Assembly: GCA_963805975.1 (NCBI GenBank)
Contig: CAWDVR010000002.1
Coordinates: 128,001-192,000 of the forward strand
DNA from: an uncultured Acidobacteriota bacterium
GTDB taxonomy: Bacteria; Acidobacteriota; Thermoanaerobaculia; Multivoradales; SZUA-115
Length of the DNA: 64,000 nucleotides
Direction of reading: 5' to 3'
Part shown: piece after piece, positions 26,360-36,721 of the stretch
How positions within the stretch are numbered: position 1 is the first letter of the stretch
Layout: each line of letters starts with the position of its first letter
The notes under the pieces: model-generated
What the model was told of the DNA's origin: nothing
Seen by the model: the letters and a program-made list of their open reading frames with translations, nothing else
The model's database searches: none
Position numbers and translations under genes: made by a program

Positions 26360-27721
26360 TCATTTCAAGAGACTTACAGGGTGACTCTGACGGCTGCCAG
26401 AATGGAACCTGTGCCGGCCGTCCTTCGCCGCAGCCACCATCTCCTCGTACACCGCCAGCGTCTGGCGCGCCATCACCTCGTCGTTGAATTGGGCGTGCAC
26501 CACCTCGCGCCCGCGCCGGCCGAGATCGAGCCGGAGGGTGCGGTCGTCGAGCAGCGTGGCGAGGCCCGCGGCCAGAGCCTCCACGGACCCGGGCTCCACC
26601 AGCAGGCCGCCGCCGGTGGCTTCCACCATCTCCGGGAACGAGCCGTGGCGGGGCTGCACCACGGGCACGGCGTTGGCGAGGGCCTCGAGCACCGGCAAGC
26701 CCTTGGCTTCGCGGTAGACCGTGGGCACGGAAAGAATATCGAGCGCGCGCAGGAACCGGATCTTACCCGCGTGGTCCACTTCCCCGACGTATTCGAAGCG
26801 GTCGCCCAGGCCCGCCTGCCGCACGCGCTCGGCCAGGGCCTCGAAAAACGGCCGGTCCTTGTCGCTCATGTAGCCGGCGGCCCGCAGCCTGAGCCGCTCG
26901 CGGCCGGGTTCCCGGGCGAGCTGGAGAAAAGCCCCGACCAGCAGGTGGAAGCCCTTTTCCGGGCAGATGCGGGCCAGATAGCCGAGCGTCGAGCCGTCGC
27001 GCGCCTCGATGCCGAGGTCGCCGTCGCGGTGGCCGTCGAGGCGGAGGCCGAGCGGCACCACCCGCATGCGCTCCGGTGCAACGCCCAGCATCTCCCCCAT
27101 CTCCGCCGCGTAGTACCGGCTGGGGGCGAGGAAGAGGTCGGCGTCGCCTGCCCGCCGGGCGAGCGCGGCCACGGCGCGGGAGCGGTAGGGCTCGCCCAGG
27201 TCCTCGAGGAAGAGGTCCTCGCCCTGCACCGAGACCAGCACCGGCACGCCCGCCGCCCGGCGGATGCGCCGCACCATGCCGAGGAACATCGAGTTGGTGA
27301 TGTGCACCACGTCCGGGCGGTAGTCGCCGGCCAGCCACTCCACGAGCTTGTCGAGCTCCTTGGCCTGGTGGCCGTTCTCGCCTTCGAGCACCGAGAGCGT
27401 CAGCGCGGAGAGCTCGCGCGCGTTGGTCGTCGAGCTGAAACGCGACACCCAGGAGAGGAGCGCCGGGCGGTCGAGCAGGCGGTCCAGGAATCGGGGCGTG
27501 TGCCGGAAGAGGCCCAGCTTCTGCTGCAGGAAGACGTTGATCGCGCCGTAGAAGACGCGGTGGACCGAGACGTCCTGCTCGTCGGTGCGCAGCGGCGTGT
27601 AGGTGGGGATCAGCGCCACCTCGTGGCCCTGGCGCATCAGGGCTGCGGCCACCGTGTTGTCGTGGATGCAGCTCCCGCAGTACATGCCGGCGGCACCGGC
27701 GGCGACGTAGGCGATCCTCAT
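26360..27721 (-). CDS. Glycosyltransferase family 4 with an N-terminal CxxC (about 453 aa)
   Basis: ATGA overlap; MRIAYVAAGAAGMYCGSC; ARICPEKG; EAKGLPVLEALA. Confidence 0.88.
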   Translation of the reverse strand: MRIAYVAAGAAGMYCGSCIHDNTVAAALMRQGHEVALIPTYTPLRTDEQDVSVHRVFYGAINVFLQQKLGLFRHTPRFLDRLLDRPALLSWVSRFSSTTNARELSALTLSVLEGENGHQAKELDKLVEWLAGDYRPDVVHITNSMFLGMVRRIRRAAGVPVLVSVQGEDLFLEDLGEPYRSRAVAALARRAGDADLFLAPSRYYAAEMGEMLGVAPERMRVVPLGLRLDGHRDGDLGIEARDGSTLGYLARICPEKGFHLLVGAFLQLAREPGRERLRLRAAGYMSDKDRPFFEALAERVRQAGLGDRFEYVGEVDHAGKIRFLRALDILSVPTVYREAKGLPVLEALANAVPVVQPRHGSFPEMVEATGGGLLVEPGSVEALAAGLATLLDDRTLRLDLGRRGREVVHAQFNDEVMARQTLAVYEEMVAAAKDGRHRFHSGSRQSHPVSLLK

Positions 27722-29205
27722 GCCGCGCTCCCGCCGAAGAACGGCCGCAGAGCTTCGGGCCGCGGCGGTCGGGTGGCGAGCGAGACCGCGACCAGGGCCA
27801 CCGCCGCTCCGAGCACCACCGCAGTCACCGGCAGCAGGCCGGAGCCCCACAGCGTGCCATCCGGGCCCAGGGGGTAAGCGGGAGCGTTCCAGCCGCGAGC
27901 GAGGAAGAAGACCCAGAGCAGCGCCGCCGTCGCCACCGAAGCGATGGCGCCCTGGCGGCTGGCCCGCCGCCAGTAGAGCGCTGCGACCACCAGCGGGAAG
28001 AGGCCGGCAAAGCCGGTGAAGCACCAGATCCCCATGCGGAAGATGCTGCGGTCCACCAGCTCGGAGAGCAGCCACGCGGCGGCGACCACCAGGGTGATGA
28101 AGACGCGGCCCACGGTGACCTGCCGGCGCTCGCTCATGCCCTGGCCCATGCTCGTCCTGCGGACCACGTCCTGGGTGAACATGTTGCCGAGCGCCAGCAC
28201 CTGCGAGTCGGTCGAGGCCATCACCGCAACGAACACGCCCGCGGTCAGCACCCCGGCCATGGCAGGCGGCGCGTGGAGGCCGATCATCTGCACCAGGACC
28301 GAGCTCGCCGCCGCCGGCGCCAGGTTGGGGAAGTCGAGCCGTGCCAGGAGGCCCAGGAGCACGCTCGGTAGCCAGACCGCGGCGACGCAGAACGGGTACG
28401 CCACCACGGCGAGGCGGAAGGTCTCCGCCCGCCGTGCCGTCAGCCAGTGCGCGAAGAGGTGCGGGAACATGGCCGCCGAGAGCGGGATCAACATGTAGGA
28501 GACAAGCTCCGCGAGCGGGATCTTGCCGCCCCAGGTGAGGAGCTCCGGGTGCGCGCGCCCGACCTCGCCCATCAACGCCTCGAAGCCGCCGCCGCGCCGG
28601 GCGATGACCCAGAACGTGGCGCCGCCCAGGGCCAGGAAGACCACGGTCTGGAACACGTTCACCCAGGCGGTGCCGCGCATGCCGCCGGTGAGCACGTAGG
28701 CCAGCACCACGACCGACATCAGCAGGCTCCCGGCCCAGGTGGGGAGCGAGCCGCCGCTCGCCTGGGCGAGCGTCAGCCCGGCGCCCTTGACCCCGATCAG
28801 GAGATACGGGACGAGCAGGGCGACCAGCACCACGAAGAGCAGCAACCCCAGGCCCGGCGAGTCCCAACGGGCACGGAAGTACTGGACCTGCGTCAAGTAG
28901 CCGTGGCGCTTGCCCAGCCGCCAGAGGGGCAGGCCGACGAAGAAGAACACCGCGGGCACCACCAGCGCCGAGGACGAGGCCATCAACGCGAAGACACCCA
29001 TGCCCCGCAGGTAGGACTCGCCCGAGGCGCCGAGGATCGAGAAGGCGGTCATGTGCGTGCCGACCAGCGACATCAGCAGCACGAAGGGCCCGAGGCCGCG
29101 CGACGCCGCGAAGTAGTCCTCGCCCGTGCCGCGCGCCAGGCGCTGCGAGAGGAGCCCGATCCCGACCAGCACGCCGAGATAGGCGAGGATCAGGCCGAGG
29201 ACCAT
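27718..29205 (-). CDS. Sodium:solute symporter (SSS) family transporter
   Basis: EDYFAASRGLG, TGGMRGTAWVNVFQ, AVMASTDSQ; about 13 TM segments. Confidence 0.92.
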   Translation of the reverse strand: MVLGLILAYLGVLVGIGLLSQRLARGTGEDYFAASRGLGPFVLLMSLVGTHMTAFSILGASGESYLRGMGVFALMASSSALVVPAVFFFVGLPLWRLGKRHGYLTQVQYFRARWDSPGLGLLLFVVLVALLVPYLLIGVKGAGLTLAQASGGSLPTWAGSLLMSVVVLAYVLTGGMRGTAWVNVFQTVVFLALGGATFWVIARRGGGFEALMGEVGRAHPELLTWGGKIPLAELVSYMLIPLSAAMFPHLFAHWLTARRAETFRLAVVAYPFCVAAVWLPSVLLGLLARLDFPNLAPAAASSVLVQMIGLHAPPAMAGVLTAGVFVAVMASTDSQVLALGNMFTQDVVRRTSMGQGMSERRQVTVGRVFITLVVAAAWLLSELVDRSIFRMGIWCFTGFAGLFPLVVAALYWRRASRQGAIASVATAALLWVFFLARGWNAPAYPLGPDGTLWGSGLLPVTAVVLGAAVALVAVSLATRPPRPEALRPFFGGSAA

Positions 29206-29426
29206 CAGCCGCCGTCCCCGGTGTCATCCCCGGCGCCGTCACGGGGCCAGGCGTAGCGCACCAGGAGCGCCATCGCGACCCCGCAGGCGATGCAGTAGCC
29301 GAGGTGATACGCCAGGCTCACCGGCAGCCCGAGCACCAGGCGGCCGTCCGCCGCCAGCCAGAGGTCGTGGTGCAGGAGGAAGAGAAGGGCGAGGCCTCCG
29401 CCGATCGCCGCGCGTGGTCTGGACAT
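29205..29426 (-). CDS. Small 2-TM SSS accessory protein, DUF3311-like (73 aa)
   Basis: LHHDLW..LVLGLPVSLAYH; TGATG-coupled to the SSS gene. Confidence 0.75.
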   Translation of the reverse strand: MSRPRAAIGGGLALLFLLHHDLWLAADGRLVLGLPVSLAYHLGYCIACGVAMALLVRYAWPRDGAGDDTGDGG

Positions 29427-29461
29427 CGCAATGACGGAGCCGGTCGCCGCGGAGCCGGCCC

Positions 29462-30772
29462 CTAGCTCAGCTCCGCGGAAGCGGGCTCGCGGGCCTCGAA
29501 CGAGGAGGCTTCCAGCCGTGGCGCCACGGGAAGCTGGACGATCTGCTCGATCGCCTCGAAGATGGCCGTCGGCTGGTTGGGGAAGACGTTGCCGATCAGC
29601 AGGTCGATCAGCTCGCTGCGACACTCGGGAAACCGCTTCATGAAGGTCGAGAAGCGGAACTCCTTGTCGTAGAAGGCATAGACCAGCTTGCGCAAGGCAT
29701 CGACACCGTCGAAGAAGGACTCGCCCCAGCCGCCGAGCTGAGCGGCCGAGAGGTCGCCCTTGGCCAGCCCTTCGACGATGGCGTCCGCGGCCAGCTCGCC
29801 CGACTTGAAGGCGAAGAGCACCCCGGTCGAGTACATCGGGTCGATGAAGTTGACGGCGTCCCCCACCAGCACCCAGCCGTCGCCGGCCACGCGGCGCGAG
29901 CGGTAGGAGAAGTCCCGCCGCGCCTTCATCGGCTCCATCTGGCGGGCGCCCGCGAGCCGAGGCTGGAGAGACGGGCAGCGCGCCAGCTCCTCCTCGAACA
30001 CCTGCTGCGGGTCCGCCGCGCGGCCCTGGACCATGTGGTCGATCGGACCCACCACGCCCACGCTGACGACGTTGTCCGGCAGCGGGATGTACCAGAACCA
30101 GGCATCCTGGTCCACGGTGTGGATGATCAGCGTCGCGCCCTCGTCGAGCCCCGGGTCGCGGAACGCACCTTCGAAATGGGAGAAGTAGGCGACGTTCCTG
30201 AGGTTGGGCTCGACTTCGATCAGGCCGAAGCGGCTACCCAGGTGCGTGCTGTGCCCTGAGGCGTCGACCACCACGCGGGCCGAGAGCTCGGCGCTCTCGC
30301 CGTTCGGGGTTTGCACCCGCACGCCGCGCGCGCGATCGCCGTCGAAGAGCACCTCGGAGACCGAGAGGCCCCGGTGCACTTCCACCCCGAGCTCGGCGGC
30401 GTTGTCGAGCAGGAGCTGGTCGAACTCCCTCCGATTCACCTGCCAGGTCTGCGAGCTCTCGTGCGGGTCGTTCTCGAAGAAGTAGAAGGGGGACGAGGCA
30501 CGGCCGGACTTGCTGTAGAACTGCACGCTGTACTTCTTCGGAAAGTGGCTGGCCTTCATCTTCTCGAGCACGCCCAGCCGCTGGAGCGTCCAGTAGGTGG
30601 CGGGGATCAGCGACTCGCCGATCTTGAACTGGGGCTCCGCGGAGCGCTCGGCCAGGAGCACGCGGTGGCCCTTCTGGGCGACCAGCGCCGCCACGGTGGA
30701 GCCGGCAGGGCCGCCGCCGATGACGATAGCGTCGTAGGAAGTCTCTCGGGTGATCATTCTCGGCTTCTCCAT
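29462..30772 (-). CDS. Flavin-dependent halogenase-family oxidoreductase
   Basis: GGGPAG, KIGESL, WFWYIP (WxWxIP motif), GDAVNFIDPMYSTG. Confidence 0.85.
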   Translation of the reverse strand: MEKPRMITRETSYDAIVIGGGPAGSTVAALVAQKGHRVLLAERSAEPQFKIGESLIPATYWTLQRLGVLEKMKASHFPKKYSVQFYSKSGRASSPFYFFENDPHESSQTWQVNRREFDQLLLDNAAELGVEVHRGLSVSEVLFDGDRARGVRVQTPNGESAELSARVVVDASGHSTHLGSRFGLIEVEPNLRNVAYFSHFEGAFRDPGLDEGATLIIHTVDQDAWFWYIPLPDNVVSVGVVGPIDHMVQGRAADPQQVFEEELARCPSLQPRLAGARQMEPMKARRDFSYRSRRVAGDGWVLVGDAVNFIDPMYSTGVLFAFKSGELAADAIVEGLAKGDLSAAQLGGWGESFFDGVDALRKLVYAFYDKEFRFSTFMKRFPECRSELIDLLIGNVFPNQPTAIFEAIEQIVQLPVAPRLEASSFEAREPASAELS

Positions 30773-30797
30773 CGGTCGGTCGGTCGAGGTCAGACGC

Positions 30798-32931
30798 TCA
30801 CAGCTTGTAGTCGACGCGCAGCGACACCGAGCGCGACTCGCCCGGGATCACCGAGCCGGAGCCGAAGGCCCGGGTCTCGTGCTCCTCGTCTGCCAGGTTC
30901 TTCAGGTTGACGGTCAGCCGCCAGTCGCCGAGCGTGTACCAGGCCGCGGCGTTGAACAGCACGTAGTCGTCGATCGACGCCGCGTTGTCCACGTCGATGA
31001 ACTGCGAGGAGAGGTAGCGGGCGCCGGCTCCCAACCCAAGGCCGCCCGTGAAGCGCTTCGACACCCACAGGTTGGCGAGGTGCTCGGGGGCGAAGGCCGC
31101 GGTGTTGCCGGAGCGGTCGAAGACCAGGAAGAAGGGCGGCACCGGCCCCAGCGAGACGAGCTGCGAGAACCGGGTCAGCTCGGAGTCGGTGTAGCCGTAG
31201 GCGAGCACGGCGTTCAGGCGGTTGCCGAGCTCCGCCGTCAGCTCCAGCTCGGCGCCGCGCGAGCGCTGGTCGCCGGCCTGCTGGGTGAAGCCGTTGGCGT
31301 CCGGGATGGCCATGTTCTCGCGCTCGATCTGGAACAGCGAGACCGTGCTGCGCAGCCGGCCCGCGAACAGCTCCTTGCGCATCCCAACCTCGAGCCCCTG
31401 GCTCTCCTCGGGCTGGCGCTCCCCTACCACCCGCGCCGAGGGCGGGGCGAAGGCGCGCGAAGCGTTGGCGTAGAGCGAGAAGCCCGGCAGCGGCGCGTAG
31501 ACCACGCCGAGGATCGGCGACGCCTCGCCGTCCGAGCGCGACGACCGCGTGGAGACGTCCTCGAACTCGATGGCGTCGTAGCGCACGCCGACCAGCACCT
31601 GCACCTGGTCCGAGAGCGTCATCTGGTCGAGCACGTAGGGCGCCACGATGGTCGTCTTGCTGTCGCCGGCCTGCGACTGGCCCGGAATCAGGAACAGCGG
31701 CTCGCGGGTGCTGTCGACCGGGTTCGCGAGGTCCACGAAATCGAGGTTCGCCACGTCGAGCGTGAACTGGTCGGTGTTGCGGGCCAGCTCCACCCCCGCC
31801 ACCACGCGGTGTCGGATGGCGCCGGTCTCGGCCGTCCCCACCACCTCGAGCTGGTTGCCGAGAAACTCCTGGCGGTCGTCGAGGAGAGTGAGGGCGCGGG
31901 CCACCAGGAAGCCGCCGAAGCCGTTCGGAAAGGCGCCCACCAGGAGCGTGCCGTTGGTCTCCCAGTCGAGGCCGCGGTAGTAAGTCTTGTTGCGCAGGGT
32001 GACACGGTCCGAGATCTGGGTCTCGAAGTCCACCTGGTAGCGGGCGATCTCCTGCGCCGAGCGGTCGAAGGAGCTCTCGTAGGCGTTGTCGCGGGACACG
32101 TCCGGCAACTGGCCGCCCACCAGCGGCAGACCGGCGTCCGGAGAGGCATCGAAGTCCAGCACCTCGGCGTTGAACAGCAGCCGCGTACGGTCGGACAGCC
32201 GCCAGGTGGCGGCCGGGTTCACGCCCCACACCCGCGAGTCCTTGCCCTCGCGGTGGCCTTCGCTGTCGCGGTAGAGCGCGTTCAGGCGGAAGTCGACGTT
32301 GCCGCCGAGGTTCGCCTGGTTCCAGTCCACCTGGCCGCCGTAGGTGCCGAAGCTGCCGCCCTCCAGGCTCACGACGCCGAAGCTCTCCGGCACCGGCTGC
32401 TTGCGCACCATGTTGACCGCGCCGGCGAGCGGGTTGCTGCCGTAGAGGAAGCCGCCCGGGCCCTTGAGCACTTCGACCCGCTCGACGTTGTAGAGCTGGT
32501 AGAAGCTGACCTCGGGCTCGGGCAGCGCCGTCGATCGACACCAGGCTGCCGTCCACCGAGTCGAAGCCGCGCACCACGAAGAAGTCGAAGATGCCGGCGC
32601 CGGTCTGCACGTTCAGGCCGGAGACGTTCTGCAAGGCGTCGCCGAGCACCTGCGCGCCTTGCTCCTCGAGCAGCGGGTTGCCGACCACGCCGACGTTGGC
32701 CGGGGTCCAGGCGAGCGGCACCGGCAGCTTGGTGGCGATGGTGTTGGAGGTCGGCGCGTAGGGCAGGCTGTCGATGACGAACAGCTCCTCCTCGACCGTC
32801 GCCACGGGTTCAGCCTGCGCGGTCTCCGCCACGGCCCCTCCCTGCGGGGCCGTGCTCTGGGCCTCCACCGCCGCCCAAGGCAGCAGGCCCAACCCCATGA
32901 GCAGCATTCGCAACCAGCGACTTCTCGACAT
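30798..32931 (-). CDS. TonB-dependent receptor (siderophore-receptor-like) with an apparent +1 frameshift at about 32526
   Basis: Signal peptide; plug ATKLPVPL..VVRGF; after removing one G the frame reads IDGLPEPEVSFYQLYNVERVEVLKGP; barrel ends VDYKL. Confidence 0.85.
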
Positions 32932-32969
32932 CAACGTTTCTCCTCACATCGAATGGAAAACAGGTCTTC

Positions 32970-34205
32970 TCAAGCTTTCAAATCGAGCACTACCAGCTCC
33001 GCCTCCGTCCGCACGTAGAGGCGCCCCTCGGCCAGTGTCGGCATGGTCCAGGTCTTCCCCTTGACCACCGCCACGCGCACCTTCTCGCGGAAAGCCTGGG
33101 GTGTCGCTTCCACCAGGCCCAGCTCGCCCTGGTCGGAGAGCACCAGGAGGTGCCCGTCGGCCCACAGGAGCGAGCCCTTGCCGTAGCCGCGCGCCTTCCA
33201 CCGCTCCTCGCCCGTGACGGCGTCGATGGCCTTGAGCGTGGCGTCGTCGAAGCCGTAGAGCACGCCGTCGACGAGAACCGAGCTGTTGAAGTGGTTTTTC
33301 ATCACCCGGCTGCGCCAGAGCTGTTCCACGGCCACGCCGGCGCCCTCCTTCTTCATGCGCAGCACCTGGGCGCCTTTGTCGTAGCTCGAGGAGATGAACA
33401 CCTTGTCCGGCGCGATGAACACCGGCGCCGCGGCGTTGACGTCGTAGCTGGTCTCCCAGGGCACGCGCCAGTAGACCTGGCCGGTGGCGGGCGCCACCGA
33501 GACCAGCGAGCTGCCGGTGAAGAACAGGGCCTGGCGCACGCCCTCGAAGGTGAGGGCGATGGGCGTCGAGTAGCCCGGCTTGTCGGTCTCGACCGTCCAG
33601 CGCACCTTGCCGGTGGCTTTTTCGAAGGCCACCAGGGAGCAGTTCCGCCGCCCGCCGACGTCGACCAGCAGCAGGTCGCCCTCGACGATCGGCACGGTCG
33701 AGATTCCCCACTGCGGCACCCGTGCCTCGAACTCGGTCACCAGGTCTTTGCGCCACTTCTGGGCGCCGGTCTTGGCGTCGACCGCGTAGAGCTTGCCCGA
33801 GGCGCCGAGCGCGAACACCAGGTCGCCGTCCACGGTGGGCGTGGAGCGCGGGCCGCTGCCCATCTCGTCGTTACGGTCGCGGTCCAGCCGCACCCGCCAG
33901 AGCTCCTTGCCGGTCGCTGCCTCGTAGGCGGCCAGCACCTCGTCGCCACCGGAACCAAAGAGCGTGTAGGCCTTGCCCGCCACCACCGCGATTCCCGAGT
34001 AGCCGGTGCCGAGCGCCTTACGCCACAGCACCTTGGGGCCGCCCGCGGGCCAGGCCTGGGAGATCTTCTCGGCCGAGCGCCCGTCGCGGCTCGTGCCCCG
34101 GTACTGCGGCCAGTCGTCGGCGCGGGCTCCCCAGGACGCGAGGCTCAGGCCGACGGCGCAGGCGAGACCGGCGAGGCGAGAGGCGAGAGATGGCGTCATG
34201 GGCAA
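32970..34205 (-). CDS. Secreted PQQ-like (BamB-type) beta-propeller protein
   Basis: DWPQYRG start; repeated AxDxxTGKxxW motifs. Confidence 0.88.
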   Translation of the reverse strand: MPMTPSLASRLAGLACAVGLSLASWGARADDWPQYRGTSRDGRSAEKISQAWPAGGPKVLWRKALGTGYSGIAVVAGKAYTLFGSGGDEVLAAYEAATGKELWRVRLDRDRNDEMGSGPRSTPTVDGDLVFALGASGKLYAVDAKTGAQKWRKDLVTEFEARVPQWGISTVPIVEGDLLLVDVGGRRNCSLVAFEKATGKVRWTVETDKPGYSTPIALTFEGVRQALFFTGSSLVSVAPATGQVYWRVPWETSYDVNAAAPVFIAPDKVFISSSYDKGAQVLRMKKEGAGVAVEQLWRSRVMKNHFNSSVLVDGVLYGFDDATLKAIDAVTGEERWKARGYGKGSLLWADGHLLVLSDQGELGLVEATPQAFREKVRVAVVKGKTWTMPTLAEGRLYVRTEAELVVLDLKA

Positions 34206-34226
34206 GCTCCAGTTCGAGATCGAAGC

Positions 34227-35567
34227 TCAGGTGTAGCGAGCGTTGCGGTACTCCGGGTCGTAGAGCTCGGGCAGCAGCGAATCGACCCGCAGCAGGCCCT
34301 CGGGCGTGAGGCGGATCGAGTCCACCCCCACCTCGAGCATGCCACGAGCGGCCAGCCGCTCGAAGGCCGGTGCCAGCTCCCGCAGCGCGTCGACGCCGAA
34401 CTTGTCGCGAAAGTACGCGCCGGACAGCCGCCCGAGCTTCATCTGCAGGATGGCCTCGCGCAGCCAGCGGTCGCGCTCGCCGGTGCCGAAGGCGCGGCCG
34501 AGCGCCAGCTCGCCCCGCTGCAGGCGAGCCAAATACTCGCCCCAGCCGTCGACGTTCTGGAACAGCACGCCGCTCAGGTGGCCGAAGGAGGCGACCCCGG
34601 TTCCCAGCATGTCCGCGCCGTGCCAGTTGGCGTCGCGGTAGACGAAGCGGCTGCCGCGTCCGGTCTTCACCATCGTATACGCGCTCGACTGCTCGTAGCC
34701 CGCTTTCGCCAGCTCTTCGAAGGCATGCTGCTGCCAGGCGCGCTTGGTCTCCCAATCGGCGAGCGGCTCGGAGAGCGAACCGTCGAGCACCCCGGCGGCG
34801 AAGCGGGTGTTGTAGGGCAGCTCCATCTGGTAGATGGTCACGCTGTCCGGCGCCAGCTCGACCGTCTTGGCAACGGTCTCCCGCCAGGCGCGCCAGCTCT
34901 CCCCCACCATGCCGGCGATCAGGTCGACGTTGAGCTGGTCGAATCCCTGGGCCTCGATCCACGGCAGGCAGCGGAAGATCTCCTTCGAGACGTGGGCGCG
35001 GCCGTTGCCGCGCAGGATCTCGTCGTCGAAGTTCTCGATGCCGAGCGAGAGCCGCGTGACGCCCATCGCCTTGATCGCCGCCAGCTTGCCTTCCGAGAGC
35101 GTGCCGGGCTCGCACTCGAAGGTCACCTCGGCGGCACCGTCCCAGGGGATCGCCGCCTTGAGGCGCTTGGCCAGGCCCTCGAGCTGCGCCACCGACAGGA
35201 AAGAAGGAGTGCCGCCGCCCACGTAGACGAAGGACAGCGGCCGGCCGGCGACAGCGGGCTTTTGCGCCAGCAGCTCGACCTCGGTCGCGAGGGCCCCCAG
35301 GTAGCTTCCGATCTCGTCGTGGTTCTTGTCGGTGTAGACCCGGAAGTAGCAGAACTTGCACCGCTTGCGGCAGAAAGGGATGTGCAGGTAGAGACCCAGC
35401 GGTACGCCTGGCCGCGGCGGTGCATCGAGCGCCGCCACGGCGGCGCCCACGGCTTCTTCCGACCAGAACGAGAAGGGCGGGTAGTTGGAGACGAAAAGGC
35501 TGCCGACCTCGACTTCGTGCAGCTCGAGGCCGGTGGCGGGCTCTGCCTGGATCGTCGCGAGGCTCAT
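34227..35567 (-). CDS. HemN-like radical SAM enzyme (about 446 aa)
   Basis: ATGA overlap; YLHIPFCRKRCKFC, YVGGGTPS, TFECEP, RLSLG, NVDLIAG. Confidence 0.9.
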   Translation of the reverse strand: MSLATIQAEPATGLELHEVEVGSLFVSNYPPFSFWSEEAVGAAVAALDAPPRPGVPLGLYLHIPFCRKRCKFCYFRVYTDKNHDEIGSYLGALATEVELLAQKPAVAGRPLSFVYVGGGTPSFLSVAQLEGLAKRLKAAIPWDGAAEVTFECEPGTLSEGKLAAIKAMGVTRLSLGIENFDDEILRGNGRAHVSKEIFRCLPWIEAQGFDQLNVDLIAGMVGESWRAWRETVAKTVELAPDSVTIYQMELPYNTRFAAGVLDGSLSEPLADWETKRAWQQHAFEELAKAGYEQSSAYTMVKTGRGSRFVYRDANWHGADMLGTGVASFGHLSGVLFQNVDGWGEYLARLQRGELALGRAFGTGERDRWLREAILQMKLGRLSGAYFRDKFGVDALRELAPAFERLAARGMLEVGVDSIRLTPEGLLRVDSLLPELYDPEYRNARYT

Positions 35568-36721
35568 GGTGGGGAAGCTCCTGGTGGTCTTGCCTCGGCT
35601 TTCGCCGCTCCGAAGGCATAGAGCTGGCCGTCCACGGTGCCGATGACCAGGCGGCCGGCGGCGACCGCCGGTGAGGACGCGAAGGCCGACCCGGTCTCGT
35701 ACTGCCAGGCCGTGCGGCCGCTCTCGAGGTCGAGAAGGTAGAGGTGGCCCGAGAGTGTCGCCACCACGACTCGATCCCCGGCGACGACCGGCGAGGCGTC
35801 CACCCGCGCCGGGGTCTCGAAGCTCCATTTCTCCTTGCCCGTCGCGGGGTCGAGCGCGCGCAGCAGCTTGTCGCGCCCGCCGACGATCACCGCCTTCGGC
35901 GTCACCGCGGCGGAGGAGTAGTACGGGAACTTGCGGCTCTCGTGCTCGTAGCGCCAGGCCACCTTGAGGCCCGCAAGGTCGACCCCGAGCACCTGGTTCT
36001 CGAAGGTGCCCACGAAGGCGCGGCCACCGGCGATCGCCGGGCTCGCCGCCGCGTAGCCGTCGAGGCCCACCTTGCCCGCCTCCTGGCCGTCGGCGACGCG
36101 GATGGCACGCAGGTAGCCGTCGCAGCCCGAGATGTAGACCAGCCCGTCGGCCACCGCCGGCGTGGCGTGGACGTAGGACTGGGTCTCGACCTTCCAGGCG
36201 AGGCTGCCGTCGGCCACCTTCAGGGCGTAGAGGAAGCCGTCGTAGGAGCCGAAGAGCACCAGCTTCTCGCCGCCGCTCGGCTGTACCAGCGTGGGCGAGG
36301 AGGTGACGCCGGCGTCGGTCTTGAAAGTCCAGCGCGGCTTGCCGGTCGCGGCATCCAAGGCGTGGAAGGTGCCGGCCTCGTCGCCGAAGTAGACGGTGCC
36401 GGCGGCGACCGCCGGCGAGGACTTGATCTCGCCGCCCGCCTTGTACTTGAAGCGCTCCTTGCCGGTCTCGAGGTCGAGCGCATAGAAGTTGCCGTCGAGC
36501 GAGCCGACGTAGACCACACCGCCGGCGATCGCCGCCGTGCCCTCGAAGCCGTCGGCCGCCTCGAAGGTCCAGAGCGGCTTGAGCGCGGCGGGCAGGGCCT
36601 CCCTGGCGACGCCGGTGAGCGCCGCGTCGCCGCGGAACGAGGTCCAGTCGGCGGCGGCCGGCAGGGCGACGAGGAGGGCGGCGCCGAGGGCCAGGATGAG
36701 GAGATCAGTATGCCGCTTCAT
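35564..36721 (-). CDS. Secreted PQQ-like (BamB-type) beta-propeller protein
   Basis: Signal peptide; DWTSFRG; regular SSP..GxxYALD..TG..W repeats. Confidence 0.9.
   Translation of the reverse strand: MKRHTDLLILALGAALLVALPAAADWTSFRGDAALTGVAREALPAALKPLWTFEAADGFEGTAAIAGGVVYVGSLDGNFYALDLETGKERFKYKAGGEIKSSPAVAAGTVYFGDEAGTFHALDAATGKPRWTFKTDAGVTSSPTLVQPSGGEKLVLFGSYDGFLYALKVADGSLAWKVETQSYVHATPAVADGLVYISGCDGYLRAIRVADGQEAGKVGLDGYAAASPAIAGGRAFVGTFENQVLGVDLAGLKVAWRYEHESRKFPYYSSAAVTPKAVIVGGRDKLLRALDPATGKEKWSFETPARVDASPVVAGDRVVVATLSGHLYLLDLESGRTAWQYETGSAFASSPAVAAGRLVIGTVDGQLYAFGAAKAEARPPGASPP

Noticed and set aside
26350-26378. IHF- or att-like motif GTAACCTGCTCATTTCAAGAGACTTAC
   Set aside because: Poor match to consensus, overlaps the GT4 stop codon, and no integrase or tRNA is nearby.
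34227-35567. hemN as heme-biosynthesis coproporphyrinogen oxidase
   Set aside because: Only a family-level match; no hem genes nearby and the context suggests a tailoring enzyme.
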